This document shows positions 56,445-64,000 of a stretch of 64,000 nucleotides of DNA, piece after piece (positions within the stretch are counted from its first letter, which is position 1; every line of letters begins with the position of its first letter). Both the position numbers and the translations under genes were made by a program. The notes beneath the pieces were generated by a model. The model saw only the letters and a program-made list of their open reading frames with translations. It ran no database searches and was not told where the DNA came from. The stretch is from an uncultured Gemmatimonadales bacterium (GTDB lineage: Bacteria; Gemmatimonadota; Gemmatimonadetes; Longimicrobiales; RSA9): the NCBI GenBank assembly GCA_963783305.1, contig CAWAMW010000013.1:69487-133486 (forward strand), given 5' to 3'.

Positions 56445-57184
56445 GGGAGGGTTTCTCCCCGCTCCGGGTCCTTCCGGCGCACCAGGATCGTCAGCCAGCC
56501 GATCAGGAAGATCGCCGCGAAGCTGAACCACTGGATCGCGTAGGAGAGGTGCGGCCCCGGCTCGGGCGCGGGCGCATCCAGCAGCACCGGCAGCTCGGTG
56601 GCCGGGTCCGGCGCCGCCGGTCCCGTCGGCGCCACAGTCGCCCGCAGGTAGAGTGGTGACACCGGGTAGGGGTACTGCTCTCGTATGGCCGCGCCCGCGA
56701 AACGGTACCAGGTGGTCCTGAAACCCGCCGGCCGCTCCACGTCGACATCCGGGAACGGCATGAGCACTCCCTCTACCGTCACCCGTCCCGAAATGGCGAC
56801 GCTCGCCGCATCCACACTCGCCGCGTCCGGCGCCGGCAGCCATCCGCGGTTCACCAGGATCGAGGCCGCCCCCGTCCGCAACGGGACCAGCAGGTACGCC
56901 CCTGGCGCCCCGCCATGGCTTCGCCCCGCCAGCACGACGGAGCGGTCCGCGTCCAGCTCCCCTTCGATCGTAACCCGACGGTACGTCAGTCCTGCCGTGT
57001 CCAGCGGCGCGTCCCCCAGCGGCACGGGCTCTGCCGCGAGTCGCTGGGCAAGGGCCGTATTGAGGGCGAGGCGGTCCTCGCGGCGCTCCAACTGCCAGAG
57101 ACCGAGGCGAACGCAAACCACTGCGACAATGAGCACGATCACCGTGCCGAGGATGCCGGACCGGGTCAACTCGAGACTCTTCAT
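56441..57184 (-). CDS. SURF1 family protein
   Basis: LGLWQLERR, ILVNRGW, HLSYAIQWFSFA. Confidence 0.92.
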   Translation of the reverse strand: MKSLELTRSGILGTVIVLIVAVVCVRLGLWQLERREDRLALNTALAQRLAAEPVPLGDAPLDTAGLTYRRVTIEGELDADRSVVLAGRSHGGAPGAYLLVPLRTGAASILVNRGWLPAPDAASVDAASVAISGRVTVEGVLMPFPDVDVERPAGFRTTWYRFAGAAIREQYPYPVSPLYLRATVAPTGPAAPDPATELPVLLDAPAPEPGPHLSYAIQWFSFAAIFLIGWLTILVRRKDPERGETLP

Positions 57185-57276
57185 GGGGTTGAGTCTCCCG
57201 CATTCGCGGCCGCTCCGCCAGTCCCGGCCGCGCCGTAGCTTGACCGCAGCCGATCCACCTGGAGGCGAGGAGTACC

Positions 57277-58650
57277 ATGGGAACCATGAAGAGCGTCAAC
57301 CCGACCACCGGCGAAGTGCTGGCTCGCTACGAGACCCTCACGCCAGAGCGGCTGAGCGAAAAGCTGGAGCGGGCCCGGGAGACTTTCCGGTCCTACCGCG
57401 CTGGCGCTCTCGAGGAGCGGGCGCGCTTAATGCGCGCGGTCGCCGATCGTCTCGACTCGGAGAAGCGGCGGTGGGGCGAGCTCATGACGCGCGAGATGGG
57501 AAAGCCGCTGTCCGCCGCCATGGCGGAAACGGAGAAGTGCGCCTGGGTCTGTCGGTACTACGCCGATCACGCCGCCGACTTCCTGGCCGATGAGATGGTC
57601 GAGGCCGACGCGGATCGGAGCTTCATCCGCTATCAGCCGCTGGGGCCGGTGCTGGCCGTCATGCCGTGGAACTTCCCTTTCTGGCAGCTTTTCCGGTTCG
57701 CCGCTCCGGCCCTCATGGCCGGCAACGTCGCGCTCCTCAAGCACGCGTCCAACGTGCCCGGGTGCGCACTGGCGATCGAAGAGATTTTCAGGGCGGCCGG
57801 GTTCCCGGAGGGTGCGTTCCAGACCCTGCTCATCGGCTCCGCGGACGTGGAGCGCGTGATCGCCGATGCGCGCGTCCGGGCCGTCACGCTCACCGGAAGC
57901 GAGGCCGCGGGCGCCGCGGTCGCTGCATCGGCCGGGCAACACATCAAGAAGACGGTGCTGGAGCTGGGCGGCAGTGACCCGTTCATCGTCATGCCGAGCG
58001 CCGACCTGGAGAAGGCGGTGGAAATGGCGGTGAAGGCGCGCCACATCAACAACGGGCAGAGCTGCATCGCGGCGAAGCGCTTCATCGTCCACGACTCCAT
58101 TGCTGGTGAGTTCACCGCCCGGTTCGTGGAGCGCGCAGAGGCGCTCACCGTCGGCGATCCCATGGACGACGCAACCGACATCGGCCCGCTGGCCACCGAG
58201 GCCATCCGCGACGATCTGGCCGATCAGGTGCGGCGCTCGGAACAGGCGGGCGCCAGAATCCTGACGGGCGGACGCCCCATCGACCGCGACGGGTGGTTCT
58301 TTGAGCCCACAGTGCTCGCCGACGTGCCCGATGATGCCGCCGCGGCCCGTGAGGAAACGTTCGGTCCCGTCGCCGCGATCTTCGTCGTCTCTTCACTCGA
58401 CGAGGCCATTCACCGGGCCAACGCCACCGAGTTCGGCCTGGGCGCCAGCGCGTGGACGACCAATGCCGCCGAGCAGGAGCGGCTCGTGGGCGAGCTGGAA
58501 GCCGGGTGCGTCTTCATCAACCGGATCGTGGCCAGCGATCCGCGCCTCCCGTTCGGAGGTATCAAGAAGAGCGGGTACGGCCGCGAGCTCGCGCGCTACG
58601 GCATGCGCGAGTTCCTCAACATAAAGGCAGTGGGGGTGGACGCCCGCTGA
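57277..58650 (+). CDS. NAD(P)-dependent succinate-semialdehyde dehydrogenase (Sad/GabD-like ALDH)
   Basis: MPWNFP, LKHASN, TGS, LELGGSDP, NGQSC, EETFGP, PFGGIKKSGYGRE. Confidence 0.92.
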   Translation: MGTMKSVNPTTGEVLARYETLTPERLSEKLERARETFRSYRAGALEERARLMRAVADRLDSEKRRWGELMTREMGKPLSAAMAETEKCAWVCRYYADHAADFLADEMVEADADRSFIRYQPLGPVLAVMPWNFPFWQLFRFAAPALMAGNVALLKHASNVPGCALAIEEIFRAAGFPEGAFQTLLIGSADVERVIADARVRAVTLTGSEAAGAAVAASAGQHIKKTVLELGGSDPFIVMPSADLEKAVEMAVKARHINNGQSCIAAKRFIVHDSIAGEFTARFVERAEALTVGDPMDDATDIGPLATEAIRDDLADQVRRSEQAGARILTGGRPIDRDGWFFEPTVLADVPDDAAAAREETFGPVAAIFVVSSLDEAIHRANATEFGLGASAWTTNAAEQERLVGELEAGCVFINRIVASDPRLPFGGIKKSGYGRELARYGMREFLNIKAVGVDAR

Positions 58651-58689
58651 AGCCCTCCCTCTAGCCATGTGTCGATACGGCCGCCCGGG

Positions 58690-58718
58690 GATGTGACCCT
58701 CGGCGGCCCTCGCCCGTC
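58690..58718 (+). promoter_or_regulatory. putative ECF promoter, copy 1
   Basis: GATGTGAC-N17-CGTC, 90 nt upstream of the lipoprotein gene. Confidence 0.75.
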
Positions 58719-58808
58719 CAGTACAACAGAGCCGCCACGCGCGGCACTGCAAACGCTACTGGGCGGCCGCCGGGTTCAGCGGTAAGCCCGAAACCAGGAG
58801 CATCAGCA

Positions 58809-59756
58809 ATGACCAGACGATTTCTGAAGGCGCTCACCATCGCGGCGGCCATGACTCCGCTGCTGACCGCATGCGACGACAGTACGGGTCCCGGGACCGG
58901 CATGTCTCAGTTCACCGTGCTGCTTACGGACGCACCTGGCGACATGGTCTCCGCGGTGGTGACCATCGAGTCCGTGTATCTGCAGGGCGAACTCGGCCAG
59001 CAAGAGGGCGGCGACCGCGTCTACCTGCGGGAAACGCCCGTGACGACGGACCTGCTGAACCTGGCCAACGACGCGCTCGCGCTGGTGGAGAACGAGGCCG
59101 TTCCGAGTGGGACGTACGGACAGCTCCGCTTCGTGATCAGCGGCGGCTACGTCGAAGTGGAGAATGCGGACGGCAGCACGTCCATCTTCGCCAGCGACGG
59201 ATATGAGCACCTGCCGGATGGCCGCACTGCGGACGGACATCTCCAGATGCCCAGCTACGCCCACAGCGGTCTGAAGGTCGACTTCGAGGGCGGGATCGAG
59301 ATCGACGACTTCCAGGAGGTCGTGCTGATCGACTTCGACGTCCACCAGAGCTTTGGCCACCAGGCCGGCAACTCGGGCCGGTGGGTCATGACGCCCATCG
59401 TGAAGGGCGCGAAGTACAACCTCGCCTCCCGCGTCGAGGCCACCCTGGCCCTGGCCGATGGCGTGACCCTGCCCGAGGTGGACGGATCCCAGCTCACCCT
59501 CGGCGACTTCAGCGCCCAACTGGTGGGCCCTGAGGGCAACGCGAAGGAGGCCGTGTTCGAGGACGTGGGTGGGGTGTATACCGCCCGCTTCCCCTATCTG
59601 CTGCCGGACGCGTCGTACCAGCTGAGCCTCAAGGTGCCGGCCGGAGCGACGGTGACCACCGACCTGGCGCTCCCCGTCGACGTGTTCACGGTTTCGGAGG
59701 AGGTCCACACGTTCGAGGTGACGATCACGGAGGCGGCTCTCAGCGAGTCCAGCTGA
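58809..59756 (+). CDS. DUF4382-like lipoprotein
   Basis: Lipobox LTAC; VLLTDAP, DLLNL, GTYGQLRF, PS..SGLK, IDFDVHQSF, MTP; AGGAG SD. Confidence 0.85.
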   Translation: MTRRFLKALTIAAAMTPLLTACDDSTGPGTGMSQFTVLLTDAPGDMVSAVVTIESVYLQGELGQQEGGDRVYLRETPVTTDLLNLANDALALVENEAVPSGTYGQLRFVISGGYVEVENADGSTSIFASDGYEHLPDGRTADGHLQMPSYAHSGLKVDFEGGIEIDDFQEVVLIDFDVHQSFGHQAGNSGRWVMTPIVKGAKYNLASRVEATLALADGVTLPEVDGSQLTLGDFSAQLVGPEGNAKEAVFEDVGGVYTARFPYLLPDASYQLSLKVPAGATVTTDLALPVDVFTVSEEVHTFEVTITEAALSESS

Positions 59757-59782
59757 TCCGACCCGACGTCCCGGTGTACGCG

Positions 59783-59812
59783 GAAGGGGAGCCCGGTTCC
59801 GGGCTCCCCTTC
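59783..59812 (+). terminator. intrinsic terminator after the lipoprotein gene
   Basis: GAAGGGGAGCCCGG/CCGGGCTCCCCTTC perfect inverted repeat. Confidence 0.7.
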
Positions 59813-59926
59813 TGGCGTTCGGGCCGCGGCCACCTGCCCCCACATCGCAGTTGTCGGGGTCGTGAAAGCGTTTTACCCTCCATCCGGGCCACCTGCCGTC
59901 CCACGGGCGCTCCATGCGGAGCATCG

Positions 59927-59955
59927 GATGTGACGGTTCGAGGGACTGCATCGTC
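59927..59955 (+). promoter_or_regulatory. putative ECF promoter, copy 2
   Basis: GATGTGAC-N17-CGTC, 34 nt upstream of the anti-sigma-like gene. Confidence 0.75.
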
Positions 59956-59989
59956 TCCAGGACGGAGGCTCCTTCAGAAACGGGCGGGT

Positions 59990-60640
59990 ATGATGAGCGA
60001 CAGGATCCACGCCGCGCTGGACGGCGAGCTGCTTCCGGATGCACTGGATCCGGAGGAGCGACAGACGTACGAGCGGTTCCTGGCGGAGGCGGAGGCGGCG
60101 AGAGAGGTGCTATCCCGCCGGATGGCTCCGGACCTCTCGCAGGCTGTCATGGCGGAGATCGATCGTCGAGAGGAGCGGAGTCGAGCGCCGGGTCCGGTCG
60201 GTGCGGCGTGGACGGCGGCCTGGCACTGGCTGGTCGCGCCTCGAGCCGTCATGCTGCGACCGGCCTACGCGCTGGCCGCGGCACTCGCTCTCGCGCTTGG
60301 CGCCGGGCTCGTCGTCGGCGCGGCCACGGGAGTGGACGGCGGCACGGTCGCCTCGAAGGGGGACGAGCCGCAGATCTACGTACGATTCGACCTCACGGCC
60401 GAGGCTGCAACCTCGGTGCGACTCGCCGGCAGTTTCACCGACTGGGCCCCCAGCATCGACCTGCAGCCTGCCGGGGCCGGGCGCTGGAGCGCTCTGGTGC
60501 CGCTACAGGCGGGGATCCACGACTACTCCTTCGTCATCGACGGCGATCAATGGGTCGCCGACCCCTCCGCGCCGACCGTGGCAGACGGCTTCGGAGGACA
60601 GAACAGCCGGCTCTCACTCGTGCTGGCGTCCAGCCTCTGA
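59990..60640 (+). CDS. putative anti-sigma factor with a TM helix and C-terminal CBM48/AMPK-type glycogen-binding domain
   Basis: N-terminal IHAALDGEL (anti-sigma-like), PDLSQAVM, one TM, then VRLAGSFTDW..YSFVIDGDQWVADP..DGFGGQNS. Confidence 0.8.
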   Translation: MMSDRIHAALDGELLPDALDPEERQTYERFLAEAEAAREVLSRRMAPDLSQAVMAEIDRREERSRAPGPVGAAWTAAWHWLVAPRAVMLRPAYALAAALALALGAGLVVGAATGVDGGTVASKGDEPQIYVRFDLTAEAATSVRLAGSFTDWAPSIDLQPAGAGRWSALVPLQAGIHDYSFVIDGDQWVADPSAPTVADGFGGQNSRLSLVLASSL

Positions 60641-60645
60641 TCCGT

Positions 60646-61740
60646 ATGCTTCAGCGGCTGTTCGTGATGGGGGCCGCGAGCCTTGCCCTGCTTGCGCTCG
60701 GCACCGACGCCGCCAGCGCCCAGTGGGCGTTGGCCGCGTCCATCGGGGAGAGCCGGGAGGTCCAGCTCCCGGCGGACGCCGGGCTCCACTCCGCCCTCAG
60801 CCTCTTCGGGACGCTCTGGGACGGCGACATGAGCGTGCGGCTGTATGGCGGCGTCCCCTTCGCCCCACAGGAGGACGAGTCGTGGCTGGCGGCCGGCGCC
60901 ACCGCCGACCGGCGATGGGGCGGCGGCCGAATCGGACCCACGCTCCGCATCGACACGGAGACGTTCGGCTACCGCGATCCAGTCCTGGGCACCTTCGGGG
61001 GCGGTGGGATCGCGGAAGGCCTGGTGGGCCTCAGCACTGGATCCGGCGGCGTCTCGCTGCGGCTGGAAGCCGGTGCACGCGGCGCGTGGCTGACCACCAC
61101 CACGGCCACCTCCACGGCGGTCCCCATGGCGGCGGCCACGATCGAGGGCTCTCGGGGGCCGCTCACGGCAGAATTGGTCGCGGATGCCCAGCGCGTGGAG
61201 GGTCTGCTCCTGCCGCGGGCCGGCGCCCGTGCCGTGCTGCGCCAGGACCGCTGGATGATCTGGGCCGGCATGAGTCGCTGGTTCGGCGACGCGTTCCATG
61301 AGTCCTCCTGGCAGGCGGGTGCACAGCTGCAGTGGGGCCGCTACGGGCTATTTACGCAGGCAGGCCGAACGGCACCCGACCCCCTCTTCTGGAATCCTGG
61401 ACGGCGCACGTGGGCCGTGGGCGTGTCCCGGAGCCTCGGCGCCCGGCGCGCGCCGACCGGTGTCGTGCCGGCCACGAAGCCGGGGGGCGTAGTCCTGGAA
61501 GTGCCGGTGGCGCTGGCTCCGTCGGGACTCGCCGTCGCCGGCGAGTTCAGCGACTGGCGGCCCCTGCCGCTGCGACGTGTCGGCGGATCGTGGCAGCTCG
61601 CCCTCGATCTGAAGCCCGGGGTGTACCGATACGCGTACGTCCGCGAGGACGGCAGCTGGTTCGTCCCGGAGGACGCCCCCGGGCGCCAACCGGACGGAAT
61701 GGGGGGGCACGTGGCGCTGCTCATCGTCGGTGAGCCATGA
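60646..61740 (+). CDS. exported beta-strand-rich (possible outer-membrane barrel) protein with a C-terminal CBM48-like domain
   Basis: Signal peptide ending ASA-Q; alternating beta-strand pattern; C-terminal VAGEFSDW.PLPL..LKPGVYRYAYV.EDGSWFVP..DGMGG. Confidence 0.75.
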   Translation: MLQRLFVMGAASLALLALGTDAASAQWALAASIGESREVQLPADAGLHSALSLFGTLWDGDMSVRLYGGVPFAPQEDESWLAAGATADRRWGGGRIGPTLRIDTETFGYRDPVLGTFGGGGIAEGLVGLSTGSGGVSLRLEAGARGAWLTTTTATSTAVPMAAATIEGSRGPLTAELVADAQRVEGLLLPRAGARAVLRQDRWMIWAGMSRWFGDAFHESSWQAGAQLQWGRYGLFTQAGRTAPDPLFWNPGRRTWAVGVSRSLGARRAPTGVVPATKPGGVVLEVPVALAPSGLAVAGEFSDWRPLPLRRVGGSWQLALDLKPGVYRYAYVREDGSWFVPEDAPGRQPDGMGGHVALLIVGEP

Positions 61741-62288
61741 GCGACCGTTCGGATGGCGCACTGGTGCGGGCATGCCTGGAGGGGGAGCGGAGCGCCTACG
61801 GGGAGCTCGTGGGGCGCCACCAGGATCGCCTCTACCGCCGGGCACTGGCCCTGATCGACGACCCGGATACGGCGGCGGACATGGTCCAGGAGGGGCTGGT
61901 GCGGGCCTATACCAGGATCCAGGGCTGCGAGGATCCGGAGCGATTCGGTGGCTGGGTCTCGACCATCGTGCGCAACCTGTGCCTCGATTACATCCGTTCG
62001 CCGCGGAGCGGGCAGGCAAACGTCGACGATCTGCCCCTGGCGGAATCGGTGGGTGGTGGCCCGGTGGAGAGGCTCGAGACGGCCGACGCACGGCGGGCCG
62101 TCGAGGCCGCGCTCCAGAGGCTTCCCCCCCTCCTGCGGGAGGCCTTCCTGCTGAAGCACGTGGAGGGACTTTCATACCGCGAGATGGCCGAGGGGACCGG
62201 TGGCTCGGAGAGCGCGCTGAAGATGCGGGTGAAGAGAGCGCGCGAGGCGCTGCAGGACTCACTGGAGGGATATGCGCCGGTCCGCTGA
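61737..62288 (+). CDS. ECF RNA polymerase sigma factor
   Basis: AADMVQEGLVRAY..FGGWVSTIVRNLCLD; LKHVEGLSYREMA..SALKMRVKRAR; ATGA overlap with the upstream gene. Confidence 0.93.
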   Translation: MSDRSDGALVRACLEGERSAYGELVGRHQDRLYRRALALIDDPDTAADMVQEGLVRAYTRIQGCEDPERFGGWVSTIVRNLCLDYIRSPRSGQANVDDLPLAESVGGGPVERLETADARRAVEAALQRLPPLLREAFLLKHVEGLSYREMAEGTGGSESALKMRVKRAREALQDSLEGYAPVR

Positions 62289-62315
62289 TGTGACGCCCGG
62301 ACGCTCTTGCACGTC
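62287..62315 (+). promoter_or_regulatory. putative ECF promoter, copy 3
   Basis: GATGTGAC-N17-CGTC overlapping the sigma stop codon, 49 nt upstream of the next ATG. Confidence 0.75.
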
Positions 62316-62364
62316 TCTTAGATGGCCGACGGAAGGCGAAGGGACCTGTTTCCATGAAAAGACT

Positions 62365-63021
62365 ATGCCGATCCGAGTGATGTTCATCGTGTGCGCGGCT
62401 CTCCTGCTACCCGCAGCCGCAAGCAGTCAAGCCGCCGAGGTCCGGCTCGACCGTGCCCGCGCCGCGGTCGCAGAAGCGGGTGTGCCGCTGGAGCTCCTGG
62501 AATCGAAGGTGGCGGAAGGCCGGGCGAAGGGCGTGCCGATGGAGCGGATCGCCGTGGCCGTGGAGCAGCGGGCCAGTGCGCTGGTGCGAGGGCACGCGGC
62601 GCTGCTGCGCGCCGGCGCCGAGGCCGTCGCGCCCGCCGACATGGGAATGGCCGCCGACGCCCTCCAGGCCGGCGTGCCCGAAGCCGCCCTCGAACGGATC
62701 GCCTCGACCGCATCGGGAGATCGCCGTCTCGTCGCCCTCGCGGCCCTGGGACAGCTCGTGGGGGCGGGGATCCTCCCGGAGCGCGCACTGGCGCGGGTGG
62801 AAAGGGCCCTGGCACGCGGGCCGGAGGCAATGGCGCGGCTCCCCGCCCAGGCCCAGGCGGCTCAGGCCGGCCGTGGCGGGCCACCCGCGGGCGTGCCCGC
62901 GGCCGGGAAGCCCGCGGGCGCCGGCAAGCCCAAAGGCGTCGGAAAGCCGGGCGGTGGCCCTCCCGGCGGCGGCCCCCCTGGCGGTGGCCCTCCCGGCGGC
63001 GGCCCGCCTGGAATCCCATGA
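62365..63021 (+). CDS. exported alpha-helical hypothetical protein with a Gly/Pro-rich tail
   Basis: Signal peptide; GVPLELLESKVAEGRAKGVP motif; tail (GGGPP)x4. Confidence 0.75.
   Translation: MPIRVMFIVCAALLLPAAASSQAAEVRLDRARAAVAEAGVPLELLESKVAEGRAKGVPMERIAVAVEQRASALVRGHAALLRAGAEAVAPADMGMAADALQAGVPEAALERIASTASGDRRLVALAALGQLVGAGILPERALARVERALARGPEAMARLPAQAQAAQAGRGGPPAGVPAAGKPAGAGKPKGVGKPGGGPPGGGPPGGGPPGGGPPGIP
62950..63009 (+). repeat. 4 x 15-nt coding tandem repeat (GGGPP)
   Basis: GGCGGTGGCCCTCCC/GGCGGCGGCCCCCCT/GGCGGTGGCCCTCCC/GGCGGCGGCCCGCCT. Confidence 0.85.
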
Positions 63022-63059
63022 CCGGAATCTGACCGGGGTACAATGAATGGCAGCGGATA

Positions 63060-63104
63060 ATGGCAGCGGGGCCTGGTGGCAAACTTCCCAGGCCCCGCTG
63101 CCAT
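63060..63104. terminator. bidirectional terminator hairpin between the module and lon
   Basis: 17-bp stem ATGGCAGCGGGGCCTGG/CCAGGCCCCGCTGCCAT. Confidence 0.7.
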
Positions 63105-63159
63105 CTTCGTCATGGGCATACCGCGTCGGCCGGTGTGAACCGGCTCGCTGCCTCCGCCG

Positions 63160-64000
63160 TCAGTGCAGGTCGTGCGTCTTCCCCGGCCTGCTCTCCGGCG
63201 ACAGCAGGATCTCCGGAAACGTCAGCGCCCCGTCCTGCAGCTCCGCACCCCGCAGCGCGTGCACCAGCGCCTCGCCCAGCGTCGCCGCCAGGTGGAACGT
63301 CATCTCGGCTGCGACCTCCGCCGGCAGGTCATCCAGATCCGCCTCGTTGTCCTTCGGCAGGATCGCCTCACGGATCCCCGCCCGGTAGGCACCGAGCACT
63401 TTCTCCTTCACGCCGCCGATGGGCAGGACCCGCCCGGTGAGCGTGATCTCCCCCGTCATGGCGATGTCGTTTCGCACGGGACGGTCCGACAGCACCGACA
63501 CCACCGATGTGGCCATGGCTACGCCCGCGGACGGGCCGTCCTTCGGAACCGCTCCCGCCGGCACATGGATGTGCAGCTCGAGATCCTCGAACCGCTCCCG
63601 CGCGACCCCCAGCTGGGTAGCGTGGGTCTTGGCGTACGTGAGAGCGGCGCGCGCCGACTCCTTCATCACGTCGCCCAGCTGTCCCGTGAGGATCAGGTTG
63701 CCCTTCCCCTTCGAAGCGCTGCTCTCGACGAACATGATGTCCCCGCCCATGGGCGTGTAGTACATCCCCGTCGCCACGCCCACCGTGTCCTCCTGCGCCG
63801 CCTCCTCGGGATGGACCCGCGGGCGCCCCAGCAGCGGCTGGATCTCGTCCGCCCCGATCTCGACCCGCTCGGCGTCGCCGCCGGCGATCCTGCGCGCGGC
63901 CTTCCGCGCCACCTTCCCGAGCTCCCGCTCGAGCTGGCGTACGCCGGCCTCACGCGTGTACTCGCTGATCACCCGCGTCACCGCGTCATCGTGCAGCTCG
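63160..64000 (-). CDS. lon: ATP-dependent protease La, C-terminal part (5' end outside the window)
   Basis: [62 protein letters not shown]. Confidence 0.96.
   Translation of the reverse strand, partial: ELHDDAVTRVISEYTREAGVRQLERELGKVARKAARRIAGGDAERVEIGADEIQPLLGRPRVHPEEAAQEDTVGVATGMYYTPMGGDIMFVESSASKGKGNLILTGQLGDVMKESARAALTYAKTHATQLGVARERFEDLELHIHVPAGAVPKDGPSAGVAMATSVVSVLSDRPVRNDIAMTGEITLTGRVLPIGGVKEKVLGAYRAGIREAILPKDNEADLDDLPAEVAAEMTFHLAATLGEALVHALRGAELQDGALTFPEILLSPESRPGKTHDLH

Overview
GC-rich bacterial chromosomal segment with about 50 genes. Gene content and style suggest Gemmatimonadota, but that is inference. I found no rRNA, tRNA, CRISPR array, transposase or phage genes. Contents in order: two tandem ECF sigma factors; infC with an ATA start; a PBP1a operon; a divergent five-gene PaaA/D/B/C-like diiron oxygenase cluster; a GGDEF-ydbST operon; yggX and a PspA-like gene; POT and (frameshifted) OPT peptide transporters; a cNMP-domain/aspartase fusion; HU; a degenerate DEAD-box protein; a TonB-dependent receptor; an MscS/P-loop ATPase pair; a D-aminoacylase/serine beta-lactamase-fold fusion; mutY; AAA ATPase, Usp, HAD, tatA and App1 genes; addBA-like and sbcD/yhaN-like repair genes with a SWIB protein; a hybrid histidine kinase; SURF1; SSADH; and the 3' part of lon. 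The best candidate for a poorly described system is the module at 58.7-63.1 kb: a DUF4382-like lipoprotein, an anti-sigma-like membrane protein with a CBM48/AMPK-type glycogen-binding domain, a beta-rich exported protein with a second such domain, an ECF sigma factor and an exported helical protein. Its three transcription units are each preceded by the same GATGTGAC-N17-CGTC promoter-like motif. A dispersed REP-like repeat (three copies) and a PBP1a tail dense in D-(S/T)-x glycosylation-type sequons also stand out. All family assignments come from motif recognition by eye, not database searches.
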